Shown here: in pieces, positions 21,147 to 31,252 of the stretch
How positions within the stretch are numbered: the first letter of the stretch is position 1
Layout of the letters: every line of letters starts with the position of its first letter
DNA from: Thermoanaerobaculia bacterium
GTDB taxonomy: Bacteria; Acidobacteriota; Thermoanaerobaculia; Multivoradales; Multivoraceae
Length of the DNA: 64,000 bases
Reading direction: 5' to 3'
NCBI GenBank assembly: GCA_963664405.1
Contig: OY761158.1
Coordinates: 3,200,001 to 3,264,000 of the forward strand
Made by a program: the position numbers and the translations under genes
Notes under the pieces: model-generated
What the model was told of the DNA's origin: nothing
The model's input: only the letters and a program-made list of their open reading frames with translations
The model's database searches: none

Positions 21147-21844
21147 GCTCGGTGAGCCTAGAGAGTCCGAAGCCGCGGATCTTGTTGGTCGAGGATGATC
21201 CGTCCATCGTCCTGGGCCTACGAATCAATCTTGCGGCGGAAGGCTACGAGTTGGCGGTTGCAGGTGACGGGGTGACCGGCCTGCGCCTAGCGGAGGAAGA
21301 GCAGTACGATCTGGTGATTCTCGACGTGATGATGCCAATGATGAACGGCTTCGAAGTGCTCATGCGTCTCAGAGCGAATGGGAACGAGGTACCCGTGCTC
21401 GTCCTCTCCGCCCGGGGAACCGAGTTGGACAAGGTAACAGGTCTCGACCTCGGAGCCGAAGACTACGTGACCAAACCCTTTAGCCTGGCAGAGCTCTTGG
21501 CCAGGGTACGTACGCTGCTGCGACGTCGCCGGCCCGGGGCGGGCAGCTCCTGGGGGTTCGACGACGTTGTCGTCTACCCGGATCGGCACGAAGTGGTTCG
21601 GAGGGGAGAGTCGGTCACGCTGACAGCTACCGAGCTCAAGATCCTCGCCCTGCTCCACAGTGCCAGGCAGCGAGCCCTTCACCGGGACGAGATCCTCACT
21701 GCGATCTGGGGGCCCGAGCACCACGGGACGGCGAGAACGATCGACAACTTCATCGCGCAGCTCCGTTCTAAGCTCGAGGCGGATCCGTCTGCACCAAAGC
21801 ATCTGGTGACAGTGCGGGGCGTTGGTTATCGTTTCATTGAATAG
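21143..21844 (+). CDS. OmpR-family response regulator
   Basis: VEDD, DVMMP, GAEDYVTKPF, TVRGVGY; ATGA overlap with kinase. Confidence 0.92.
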   Translation: MSSVSLESPKPRILLVEDDPSIVLGLRINLAAEGYELAVAGDGVTGLRLAEEEQYDLVILDVMMPMMNGFEVLMRLRANGNEVPVLVLSARGTELDKVTGLDLGAEDYVTKPFSLAELLARVRTLLRRRRPGAGSSWGFDDVVVYPDRHEVVRRGESVTLTATELKILALLHSARQRALHRDEILTAIWGPEHHGTARTIDNFIAQLRSKLEADPSAPKHLVTVRGVGYRFIE

Positions 21845-21854
21845 CGAGGTCGCA

Positions 21855-23759
21855 TTGTCAAAGCGGTGGTTTCTGTCGGCGGCTCTATCGTTAGCGGCTC
21901 CAGGGGTGGTGATCTCGGGACCGGCGACTCCCGCGACCGCGGCGATCGCGGAAGTGGAGCTGGATGCCTTCATCAGGGCCAGCTACACGAAGTACGAGCA
22001 CCGGATCGAGATGCGTGATGGAGAGAGGCTCTTTACCGCCGTCTACGTGCCGAAGGATCAGTCTCGTCTCTACGGGATCATGCTGATGCGCACGCCCTAC
22101 GGCGTCGCCCCTTACGGCGTCGACCGCCTTCGGGAGGGCCTCGGCCCCTCCGAGCGCTTCGCTCGCGAAGGCTTCATCTTTGCTTACCAAGATGTCCGCG
22201 GGCGCTTCCTCTCCGAGGGAGAGTTCGAGGACGCATCACCGCATCGGGTGACAAAGAGCGACCGCGGTGTCGACGAGAGTACCGATACATGGGACACCAT
22301 CGAATGGCTGACCGCGAACGTGGAGGGGAACAACGGGAAGGTGGGTATGTGGGGTATCTCCTACCCAGGCTTCTTCGTTGCCGCCGGCATGATCGATGCC
22401 CACCCCGGGCTGGTGGCGGCGTCTCCTCAGGCGCCGGTCACCGATCTCTACATGGGGGACGACGCCTATCACGGTGGAGCCTTCTTCCTCGCCTCCAACT
22501 TCCGCTTCACCTCTACCTTCACCAGACATGAGAAGCCGACGACGCAGGGGCGCGGCAAGCCCTTCGACTACGGGACCGTAGACGGCTACGAGTTCTTTCT
22601 GGGCCTGGGCTCCTTGTCGCAGGTGGATGCTCTCCACTTCCATGGCGAGAGCCCTTTCTGGACGGCGATGCTCGAGCACACGACCTATGACGAGTACTGG
22701 CAGGCTCGAGACATCTCGAGACATCTGCGGCGTGCACCGCCGGCGGTGATGACGGTTGGCGGTTGGTTCGATGCGCAAGATCCGGCCGGAATCTTCAAGA
22801 TCTTTCGGGCCATCGAGAAGCAGGCTCCTGGTACTTCGAACCATCTCGTTGTCGGCCCTTGGTCGCATGGCGGCTGGTCACGAGGGGACGGTGACCGCCT
22901 CGGCGACGTGCGCTTTCTTGCCGAGACGTCGGAGTTCTATCGGGAAGAGATCGAGTTTCCCTTCTTCGACCGCGAGCTCAACGGCGCAGAGCACGAAGAC
23001 CTGCCCAAGGTGCTGGTCTTCGAGACCGGGACTCACCGATGGCGGCGCTTCGAGTCCTGGCCTCCGCCCTCGGCGGTTGCGCGCAAGCTTCACTTTCGAG
23101 CCCGCGGTGGGCTCGGCTTCATGCCGAGCCAAGAGGTGGATGCCGCGGACGAATACACCAGCGACCCGGCCCGGCCGGTTCCTTTCGTCAACCGCCCGGT
23201 AGTGGGGGTGCCAAAGGAGTACATGGTCAGCGATCAGCGCTTCGCGTCGAAGCGCCCCGATGTGCTTGTCTACGAGACGGACACGCTGGAGGAGGACCTG
23301 ACCGTCGTCGGCCCGATCTCACCCGAGCTCTACGTCACCACCACCGGAACCGACGCCGACTTCGTGGTCAAGCTGATCGACGTCTATCCCGAGGACTTTC
23401 CCGACAACGAGCCCAACCCCTCCGGGGTGCGGATGGGCGGTTACCAGCAGCTGGTCCGAGGCGAGCCCTTTCGCGCCAAGTTCCGCTCCAGCTTCGAGGT
23501 GCCCGAGCCCATGGCGCCGGGCGAGCGGACTCGCATTACCTGGAGCACTCCTGACATCTTCCATACCTTCCGAAGAGGTCACAAGATCATGGTGCAAGTG
23601 CAGAGCTCCTGGTTCCCACTGGTGGACCGCAACCCTCAGACCTTTGTCGACATTCCGAACGCTCGGCCCGAGGACTTCCAACCGGCCAGGCACCTGGTGA
23701 GCCGTTCCAAAGGCGCGAGCTCCAGTGTCGGCATTCTTGTTCTCGATCGCTCCCAATGA
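21855..23759 (+). CDS. CocE/NonD family hydrolase (alpha-amino acid ester hydrolase/glutaryl-7-ACA acylase-like)
   Basis: RTPY, QDVRG, GISYPG nucleophile motif, GPWSHG; TTG start with upstream gaggt. Confidence 0.88.
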   Translation: MSKRWFLSAALSLAAPGVVISGPATPATAAIAEVELDAFIRASYTKYEHRIEMRDGERLFTAVYVPKDQSRLYGIMLMRTPYGVAPYGVDRLREGLGPSERFAREGFIFAYQDVRGRFLSEGEFEDASPHRVTKSDRGVDESTDTWDTIEWLTANVEGNNGKVGMWGISYPGFFVAAGMIDAHPGLVAASPQAPVTDLYMGDDAYHGGAFFLASNFRFTSTFTRHEKPTTQGRGKPFDYGTVDGYEFFLGLGSLSQVDALHFHGESPFWTAMLEHTTYDEYWQARDISRHLRRAPPAVMTVGGWFDAQDPAGIFKIFRAIEKQAPGTSNHLVVGPWSHGGWSRGDGDRLGDVRFLAETSEFYREEIEFPFFDRELNGAEHEDLPKVLVFETGTHRWRRFESWPPPSAVARKLHFRARGGLGFMPSQEVDAADEYTSDPARPVPFVNRPVVGVPKEYMVSDQRFASKRPDVLVYETDTLEEDLTVVGPISPELYVTTTGTDADFVVKLIDVYPEDFPDNEPNPSGVRMGGYQQLVRGEPFRAKFRSSFEVPEPMAPGERTRITWSTPDIFHTFRRGHKIMVQVQSSWFPLVDRNPQTFVDIPNARPEDFQPARHLVSRSKGASSSVGILVLDRSQ

Positions 23760-24694
23760 GCCCGCTTCCGCCTCGCCGGGTTCGACGCCTGCTGATGCTT
23801 GTAGCGTTGCTGGCAGCCCTCGTGGCTGTGATCCGCCTCGCCCGAGTCGACGAGGACGAGACCCCAGAGCAGGGAGAGGATTTCGTGGTGGACTTCTATG
23901 GCTTGCGCTATCGCGGCAACACCAGCAGTTTTCTCGATTCCAGGGTCCTCGAGTACGGCGCTTACGAGAAACCGATTCTCTATTTCATGCGCGATGCGAG
24001 TAGCGATAGCGGCACTTTCGTCGATGTCGGAGCCAATACCGGTCAACACTCGATGTTCATGTCACTTCATGTACGGGAAGTGCACGCATTCGAGCCTTAT
24101 CCCCCGGTGCTCGAAAGCTTCGAGGCGATGATCGAAGAGAACGGCATCGAAAATATCGTTCTACACCGGGTGGGGCTGGGCAGCGAGCGAGCGAGGCTAC
24201 CCTTCTTCGAGGGGTCCTCCGAAAACCAGGGAACAGGCTCCTTCGTGGAAGGCTTCAGCAGCAAGAACGAGTTCGTCAGCGAGTTCGAGATCGTTCCCGG
24301 TGACGAAGTGCTTGGCGCGGCGGGCATCGCCGATATCGAAATCATCAAGATCGACGTCGAGGCATACGAGAAGCCCGTTCTCGAAGGGCTTGCCGACACT
24401 CTGCTCGAACATCGGCCGCTGGTTGTACTCGAGCTCACCATCAACCCCGACCAGCAGCTGCTCTTCACCAGCGCGGCGGAGCTGGAGGGTGCATTCCCTG
24501 AGAACTATCGGATTCTCGCCTTCGATCGCGTCCGCAGCGACCCGCGCACCGGGGCTTACGCTTTTGTCGCCCCTTCCTTCGATTTCTCGCGCTTCTCCCA
24601 GAGAAACCTCTTGGCTTTCCCGGCCGAGAAGGGAGATGAGCTGCCTCTTGGCGATGTTCGATCGGCCTCTGCAAGAGCTCGCCGAAACCAATAG
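23756..24694 (+). CDS. FkbM-family methyltransferase with N-terminal membrane anchor
   Basis: DVGANTG, AFEP, KIDVEAYE. Confidence 0.85.
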   Translation: MSPLPPRRVRRLLMLVALLAALVAVIRLARVDEDETPEQGEDFVVDFYGLRYRGNTSSFLDSRVLEYGAYEKPILYFMRDASSDSGTFVDVGANTGQHSMFMSLHVREVHAFEPYPPVLESFEAMIEENGIENIVLHRVGLGSERARLPFFEGSSENQGTGSFVEGFSSKNEFVSEFEIVPGDEVLGAAGIADIEIIKIDVEAYEKPVLEGLADTLLEHRPLVVLELTINPDQQLLFTSAAELEGAFPENYRILAFDRVRSDPRTGAYAFVAPSFDFSRFSQRNLLAFPAEKGDELPLGDVRSASARARRNQ

Positions 24695-24703
24695 TGGCCC
24701 CGT

Positions 24704-26974
24704 TCAGGGAGAGGCCGGCAAAGGCATTTCGGCGCTGTCGGTAGCGCGAGCGCGCTCGAAGGCGGGCAGGGGCTTCTCGCTACGTACCTGCTCCAGCCAA
24801 ATGACCCCATCGTAGGGATGACTGTTGCCCCGGGTGGTGACGAAGTCGATGTCTCCGTCACGATCCAGGTCGTGGCCCTCGAACTTGTCGTACATGCCTC
24901 TCTTGCGCCGAGAGATGTCGTGTCGGGTCCATTCGCCTGCGGGGTCCGTCGGCTGCTCGAACCAGCCGATTCTGCCCAGTGGGTCGTCGGGGCTCACGTT
25001 CCCGTCGCGGTCCCGAACCCCCCGACTGTAGCTACCGCCGATGATGTCGAGATCACCATCACCGTCGATGTCGGCGAGGGTAAAGCCGGTCATCGAGTCT
25101 GGAACGAAAGTACCGATCCAGTGGGCCTTCCACGAGCCTGAGATCTGCTCAGGCTGCTCGATCCATCCCAGCCCGCCGGTGATCCCGAGAACGATATCGA
25201 GTCTGCCGTCGTGGTTGAGATCGGCGTAGGCAAGGTTGAAACCCGCTCCGGAAGAGCCATCGATCTCGATTGCGTGCTCTTCGAACGAGAAGTCAGGACC
25301 ACCGAGATTCTCGAACCACAAGATTCTGTTCTCGCCGCGAGAGCCCACAACGATGTCCAGATCGCCGTCGCCGTCGAGATCCACCGGCTCGGAATTCTGG
25401 GGAATGATGTATTGGCCGAGGACGTGCTCGGTCCAGTTGTCCCCATCCAGGGGATCTCCGTCGACGCTGAAGATCGAGACCGGGTTCTTGTCCGTAGTCG
25501 TTCGCGGGGGGTTCTGCTCTCCCTTGTTCGGTGCTACTGCCTCGGGTCTGCCGTCGCCGTTGAAATCGGCGAAGAAGACGCGGATGAAGGAGCCCCTGTT
25601 GCGGGTGATCTCCGGGATCGTGCGCTTCCACGTCTGGGTACGGGCCTCCTTGCCTGGATTCTGATGGTAGATGAGATGGGAGAGCTCACAGGCGCCGATC
25701 ACATCGAGCCAGCCGTCTCCGTTGACGTCCGCGATCGCCACGTCTTCCGCTGCTGCGGCGTCGGGGCCGTCGCTGAGGGTGACCAGCTCCCAGCGGTCGG
25801 GATCCGCCGAGCCGAAGGCGATACGGATGTGGCCTTCCGCCGCGCCGTCGTAGCTGGTATCGGACTCGTGCACCGACACGATGTCCAGATGGCCGTCACG
25901 GTCGAGGTCCGCCATCGTAAGCCCGTCACTGCCGCTGATCTCGAAGCCGGCGAGCTCGCTGTCGTCGATGATGTGCTCCCGCCACGAGATATAGCGGCCG
26001 TCGCTGCTGCGAGCCTTGGTCGGAGAGTCGCCGACCAGGGGCCCGTTGTTCGAACTCAGATCCTTCGCTGTCGAGTGCTTCTTGAGAAATGCGAGCACCG
26101 GATCGTTGAGTGAGTCTCCCGGGCGGCCGAGATCACGATTGATCGCGCCATGATCCTTGCCCGCTGCGGCGACGAGGCTGGCATCGACGCGGGCGGCTTG
26201 CAGGGCTTTGACGAAGGGCGCCGCTTGCCGAGACACGTCGGCCCTGCCTTCGGCATGGACGACGAGAAACGGCGGCAGGGTGCCGTCGGGACCCATGTGA
26301 AGGATCGGTGACACCGCCCTCCACTTGGCCGGGTCATTGCCGAAGACCTGTCGCATCACTTTGCCGTATCCGGTTGCGGGATCGGTGCTCTCGATCTGGA
26401 GCTCGACATTGTAGGGGCCGGTGTCGAGAGGAATGATGCCCGCGATCGTTTCTGGCCGGACCCCTTGCTCTTCGAGGAAGGCAGGGTTGGCGCCGACCAC
26501 CGAGACCAGATGTGCGCCCGAGGACCAGCCCATGAGAAAGATCCGTGAAGGGTCTCCGCCGTAGGTCTTCGCGTTCTCTTTAAGCCAGCGGGTGGCGCTT
26601 GCGATGTCGCGGGCGATCGTTGCTACCGGAACATCGGGAATGAAGCGATAGTTGGCGGAGGCGACGAGGAACCCCTCTTCGAGCAGCCAGGAGTCCTTGA
26701 AGTAGATCTGCTCTTTGTCGCCTCCAGTCCAGCCGCCGCCGTGAATGAATAGGACCACCGGTGCGGAGTCGAGATCGGCGGAGGAGTAGAGGTCGAGAGA
26801 CAGGCGTGCCGGATCGATCCCATCGATCTTGTCGTAGGCGATGTCGCTGTGGACCTTGACCCCGGCTTGCGAGCGAGCCTTCGCGGACTCGGCGAGAGGG
26901 TCGTCATTCGACTGTGCGTTTACGCTCGAGCTGGCGAGAGCGCAGCCGGCGATGAGAGCTGTCAAGAAACGCAT
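24704..26974 (-). CDS. Secreted alpha/beta hydrolase fused to FG-GAP repeat beta-propeller
   Basis: Signal peptide; HGGGW, GWSSG; repeated D.D.DG.LD motifs in the C-terminal half. Confidence 0.8.
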   Translation of the reverse strand: MRFLTALIAGCALASSSVNAQSNDDPLAESAKARSQAGVKVHSDIAYDKIDGIDPARLSLDLYSSADLDSAPVVLFIHGGGWTGGDKEQIYFKDSWLLEEGFLVASANYRFIPDVPVATIARDIASATRWLKENAKTYGGDPSRIFLMGWSSGAHLVSVVGANPAFLEEQGVRPETIAGIIPLDTGPYNVELQIESTDPATGYGKVMRQVFGNDPAKWRAVSPILHMGPDGTLPPFLVVHAEGRADVSRQAAPFVKALQAARVDASLVAAAGKDHGAINRDLGRPGDSLNDPVLAFLKKHSTAKDLSSNNGPLVGDSPTKARSSDGRYISWREHIIDDSELAGFEISGSDGLTMADLDRDGHLDIVSVHESDTSYDGAAEGHIRIAFGSADPDRWELVTLSDGPDAAAAEDVAIADVNGDGWLDVIGACELSHLIYHQNPGKEARTQTWKRTIPEITRNRGSFIRVFFADFNGDGRPEAVAPNKGEQNPPRTTTDKNPVSIFSVDGDPLDGDNWTEHVLGQYIIPQNSEPVDLDGDGDLDIVVGSRGENRILWFENLGGPDFSFEEHAIEIDGSSGAGFNLAYADLNHDGRLDIVLGITGGLGWIEQPEQISGSWKAHWIGTFVPDSMTGFTLADIDGDGDLDIIGGSYSRGVRDRDGNVSPDDPLGRIGWFEQPTDPAGEWTRHDISRRKRGMYDKFEGHDLDRDGDIDFVTTRGNSHPYDGVIWLEQVRSEKPLPAFERARATDSAEMPLPASP

Positions 26975-27022
26975 GGCTGAACCCCTTTAGGAAAGACCGA
27001 GTGAGAGAAGACCAAGATCCTA

Positions 27023-27350
27023 GCAGCCGGGGGAAGTGATCGGTATCACTTCCCCCGGCTGCCGAACATGGCGCCGCGGACGGCGCATCGGGAGGAAGTG
27101 ATCGATATCACTTCCCCCGGCTGCTGAACATGGCGCTGCGGACGGCGCATCGAGAGGAAGTGATCAGTATCACTTCCCCCGGCTGCTGAACATGGCGCTG
27201 CGGACGGCGCATCGAGGGGAAGTGATCAGTATCACTTCCCCCGGCTGCCGAACATGGCGCCGCGGACGGCGCATCGAGGGGAAGTGATCGGTATCACTTC
27301 CCCCGGCTGCCGAACATGGCGCTGCGGACGGCGCATCGGGAGGAAGTGAT
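27023..27350. repeat. Tandem array of 62-bp REP-like units (5 full + 1 partial)
   Basis: Units start at 27032, 27094, 27156, 27218, 27280, 27342; each full unit has hairpin ggaagtgat-N4-atcacttcc; first copy forms an 18-bp stem (27023-27062). Confidence 0.95.
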
Positions 27351-27362
27351 GGCAAGGGTCCG

Positions 27363-27755
27363 ATGAAGGGCAGGCGTCTCGACAAGCTTCCTTCAACGAT
27401 GACGACCTGGGGCAAGTGGCGTGCTCTGTATCCCCAAACGACCGTTTATGTGAAGACTTCCATTCCCTACAACGCTCGCTTCGATAGCGATCATTTCTCG
27501 CGGATCGCGAAGAAGGATCCCGACGGCCCGCTGGAGGCGACCGACTGGGTGGTCGGTCTCGAATGGCACGTCGAGGCTGCGGTCTATCCGGCCAAGAGGC
27601 TGGCGGGAATGCGTCTGCTCAACGAGCATTTCGAAGGACAGGCGACGCTCGTCTATCTGTCGGAAGACCTATCGACGCCTCTGGTTTCGACCTACTCTCT
27701 CTGGTTCGCCTGGCAGAAGTACCGCCCCGATTCGGAAGTCTGGGGAGGCGGCTAG
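27363..27755 (+). pseudogene. C-terminal remnant of a DUF3179-like gene
   Basis: GPMKGRRL..LPS.MTTWGKW..YP.T.V and terminal WFAW..YRP motifs; N-terminal part missing, begins at the repeat array. Confidence 0.55.
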
Positions 27756-28070
27756 GCTGACGATTCCTCTGGCTCGAGGTCGACGTCGCGCATTCTCGAC
27801 CACGCCTCATGCCAATGGGCCTGAGCCTCTCGTCCGGTTTCGGTGATGCGGTGCAGCGCCGGGGCGGCCCAGTGTCGGAAGGCTCGACGGCACTTTCGAG
27901 ACGACCTTCTCTTTCCAGCGAGCGTCGAACCGGGTAGAGAGTTCCACGCTTCATCGGCAGGTCGCCATCGGAGAGCGATTCGAGAATCTTCGAGATCTGG
28001 TATCCGTACATCGGCTCGCGGATCTGTTCCAAGAGTGTGAGGACTACAGGTGAGACGGTGGCGGCAGTTA
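27752..28070 (-). pseudogene. PadR-family regulator remnant
   Basis: PMYGYQISK...GTLYP...LE.EG...GPPRR, then frameshift near 27855 to RITETGR...W; no clear start. Confidence 0.7.
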
Positions 28071-28143
28071 ATAGACTTTCGTCTTTTAACGACGGTTCAA
28101 ATAAGATGGGCCCTCGGGTAGGATGCGGCGGAGATCGACTTCG

Positions 28144-28698
28144 ATGTCAGACCAAAACGTAACCTTCGTGGCCGAGCGCCTGACAGTCAACGGCGAGGAG
28201 CTCGCCGTGGCTTTTCCAGCCCATCACACCCTTCTCGAGGTGCTCCGCGAGGAGTGCGGCCTCACCGGCACCAAACACGGCTGTGAGCTCGGTGAGTGCG
28301 GTACCTGCGCGGTCCTCGTCGATGGGCGGGCAGTGCTTTCGTGTCTGGTGCTGGCGACAGAAACAGTGGGGCGCGAGGTCGAGACCATCGAGGGCCTTGC
28401 TCGAGGCAACGAGCTCCACCCGCTGCAGGCGGCTTTTGCCGACCTCGGGGCGGCCCAGTGCGGTTACTGCACGCCGGGGATTCTGATGACCGCGAAGGTG
28501 CTGCTCGAAGCCAACCCCGATCCTTCGCGACAGGAGGTCTGTGAGGCCCTGGCCGGCAATCTCTGCCGCTGTACGGGCTATCACAAGATCGTCGAGGCTG
28601 TGCTCTGGGCGGCAGCCGTAGAGCGTGGGGACTCCTCACCGCCGCCTCGCGAGTGGCTTTACGGCGACGAGCTTCCCGGAGAGATGTCGAATGGCTGA
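28144..28698 (+). CDS. hcrC: Xanthine oxidase-family 2x[2Fe-2S] subunit (4-hydroxybenzoyl-CoA reductase gamma-like)
   Basis: GTKHGCELGECGTC, QCGYCTPG, NLCRCTGY; operon context. Confidence 0.7.
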   Translation: MSDQNVTFVAERLTVNGEELAVAFPAHHTLLEVLREECGLTGTKHGCELGECGTCAVLVDGRAVLSCLVLATETVGREVETIEGLARGNELHPLQAAFADLGAAQCGYCTPGILMTAKVLLEANPDPSRQEVCEALAGNLCRCTGYHKIVEAVLWAAAVERGDSSPPPREWLYGDELPGEMSNG

Positions 28699-31252
28699 GC
28701 CCTCTCGCAAGTCGCCGGAGGCCCCCAGCCCGGTTGCCCCTGAGCCTGGAAGGTGGATCGGCAAGTCGTTCAGGCGGGTGGACGGCCGTGCCAAGGTCAC
28801 CGGCAGGACGCTTTTCGCCGACGATCTCAGCTTTCCGCGGATGGTTTTCGTTCGGCTGGTGCGGGCAATAGTGCCTCACGCACGAATTGTGGAAATCGAC
28901 AGCGCGCAGGCTCGTGCGATGCCCGGAGTCCTTGCGGTTCTCACCGGCGAAGACTTCCCTGTGCCTTTCGGCATTCTGCCGGTCTCCCAGGACGAGCATG
29001 CCTTGTGCCCTGATCGGGTGCGATTCGTCGGCGATCCGGTGGCGGCGGTGGCGGCTGTCACCGAAGATCAAGCGTCAGAGGCGGCCTTGGCGGTCGAGGT
29101 GTCTTATGAGCCCCTGAAGACGATCTCGAGCATCGAAGAGGCGATTGAGAACCCGGAGCCTCGGATCCACGACTACGGCGACGGGGGCAACATCCACAAG
29201 CGGCTCTCGATGCATTTCGGCGATGTCGCTCCAGGACTCAGCGATGCGGATCTGGTGCTCGAGGACACCTTCTTCTACGAAGGCAGCACCCATCTGCCGA
29301 TGGAGCAGCATGCCGCGGTGGCGCTACCTGAGGACGACGACCGTCTCACCCTTTATTCGTCGACACAGACGCCCCACTATGTCCAGCGCGCGCTGGCCAA
29401 GGTGCTGGAGATCCCGGCGTCGCGGATCCGAGTTGTGGCTTGTTCCAACGGTGGTGGCTTTGGTGGCAAGAGCGACCCCTTCAATCATGAGATCGTCGCC
29501 GCCAAGCTTGCTCTGGTGCTCGGGCGGCCGGTGAAGGTGGCTCTGACTCGTGAGGAGGTCTTCTATTGCCATCGTGGTCGCCATCCGGTGCTCATGGAAC
29601 TGCGCACCGGTTTCTCGAGGGACGGCTCGATCCGCGCACAGCATCTCAGGACCGCTCTCGACGGCGGCGCTTACGGTAGCTATGGAGTCGCGAGCAGCTA
29701 CTACACCGGCGCGCTGCAGACCGTGACCTATAGATTGCCCGCCTACAAATTCGACACCATTCGTGTTTTCACCAACAAACCGCCCTGTGGGCCGAAGCGC
29801 GGCCACGGCACTCCCCAGCCCCGCTTCGCGCTCGAAGTTCAGCTCGACAAGGCCGCTGAGAAACTCCAGATCGATCCTGCCGACATACGCCTACAGAACC
29901 TTGCTCCCGCCGGTTCGGTGACGGCGAATTGGTTGAAGATCGGCTCGATGGGCCTCGGCAGCTGTATCGAGGCGGTGGTCCGAGGGAGTGGATGGCGGGA
30001 GCGTTACGGGCGACTGCCGTTGGGCAAGGGTCTGGGTCTGGCCTGTGGCTCCTACCTCTGTGGGGCTGGACTTCCTATCTATTGGAACCATATGCCTCAG
30101 TCGGCAGTGCAGCTGCAGCTCGACCGCAGTGGCCGCGTTGCTGTCTTCTGCGGCGAGGCTGAGATCGGGCAGGGCTCCGATAGCGTTCTTGCCGCCATGG
30201 TGGGGGAGGTCCTGGGTATCGACCTCGGCGATGTGCGCCTCTGTGTGGCCGACACCGATCTGACACCGGTCGACTTGGGGAGCTATTCGTCGCGAGTGAC
30301 TCTGATGGTCGGCAACGCCGCGCTCGAGGCCGCAGGCCGCGCGAAGGACATTTTGCTTGAAGCCGCCGCGGCCCACCTCGAGGTACCGGCCGACCGACTC
30401 GTTCTCGCTGACGGAAGGGTATACGACTCCTCGAGTCCAGACCGCGAGATGAGCTTCCAGGAGGCGGTGTGTACGGCGGAGGCCCGCCGAGGTACCATCG
30501 TGACCTCGGGCTCCTATACGCCACCGCGCTCCCCGGGGCGCTACCGGGGATCGGGAGTCGGTCCATCGCCGGCATATTCCTACACCGCCGCGGTAGTGGA
30601 GACCGAGGTGGACGTAGAGACCGGTACGGTTCGGGTCGAGCATGTGTGGATCGCCCACGACCTCGGCCGCGCGGTCAATCCGGTGCTCGCGATCGGCCAG
30701 GTCGAAGGCAGCGTTTACATGGGGCTCGGCGAGGCGCTGATGGAAGAGCAGGCCTTCCGCCGACTGCCCAGACATCGTTCGAACGCTCTGGTGCACAAGA
30801 TGCCTTCGATCCTCGAGTACAAGAGTCCGACTTTTCTCGATATGCCGGAGGTCACGACCTATCTGATCGAGGACCCGGACGACGCCGGGCCCTTCGGAGC
30901 CAAGGAGGTGGGGCAGGGGCCTCTCCTGCCGATACCGCCGGCGGTGGCCAACGCCGTCTTCGATGCGGTCGGGGTACGCATTGACGAGGTTCCGATTCAT
31001 CCGCACAAAGTGCTGCGAGCACTGGATGCGAAGGCACGAGGCGAAGAGGCGCGCTTTGGCCCCGGGGCCTTCCCCACGGTCGACTTCGGCGAGACGCTGC
31101 TCGTACCGACTCCCGAGGCGGGAGGCGATGGCAAGGCGATCAACGAGTTGAGGGTGAAGATGCGCTCAGGGATGCGCGGCGCGTCGGGGACCATGAGCGA
31201 ACACGACGAAGGCGTCGGGCGGAAGGACAGTGCTTCGCTTACCACCCTTTGA
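28691..31252 (+). CDS. hcrA: Molybdopterin-binding subunit (4-hydroxybenzoyl-CoA reductase alpha-like)
   Basis: AKVTG, GGGFGGK, RGHGTPQ, EIGQGS, GSYSSRVT, GAKEVGQ; start at ATG 28691. Confidence 0.65.
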   Translation: MAEPSRKSPEAPSPVAPEPGRWIGKSFRRVDGRAKVTGRTLFADDLSFPRMVFVRLVRAIVPHARIVEIDSAQARAMPGVLAVLTGEDFPVPFGILPVSQDEHALCPDRVRFVGDPVAAVAAVTEDQASEAALAVEVSYEPLKTISSIEEAIENPEPRIHDYGDGGNIHKRLSMHFGDVAPGLSDADLVLEDTFFYEGSTHLPMEQHAAVALPEDDDRLTLYSSTQTPHYVQRALAKVLEIPASRIRVVACSNGGGFGGKSDPFNHEIVAAKLALVLGRPVKVALTREEVFYCHRGRHPVLMELRTGFSRDGSIRAQHLRTALDGGAYGSYGVASSYYTGALQTVTYRLPAYKFDTIRVFTNKPPCGPKRGHGTPQPRFALEVQLDKAAEKLQIDPADIRLQNLAPAGSVTANWLKIGSMGLGSCIEAVVRGSGWRERYGRLPLGKGLGLACGSYLCGAGLPIYWNHMPQSAVQLQLDRSGRVAVFCGEAEIGQGSDSVLAAMVGEVLGIDLGDVRLCVADTDLTPVDLGSYSSRVTLMVGNAALEAAGRAKDILLEAAAAHLEVPADRLVLADGRVYDSSSPDREMSFQEAVCTAEARRGTIVTSGSYTPPRSPGRYRGSGVGPSPAYSYTAAVVETEVDVETGTVRVEHVWIAHDLGRAVNPVLAIGQVEGSVYMGLGEALMEEQAFRRLPRHRSNALVHKMPSILEYKSPTFLDMPEVTTYLIEDPDDAGPFGAKEVGQGPLLPIPPAVANAVFDAVGVRIDEVPIHPHKVLRALDAKARGEEARFGPGAFPTVDFGETLLVPTPEAGGDGKAINELRVKMRSGMRGASGTMSEHDEGVGRKDSASLTTL

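Noticed and set aside
27023-27350. CRISPR array
   Set aside because: Sequence between the hairpins is near-identical in every unit, so there are no unique spacers; no cas genes in the window
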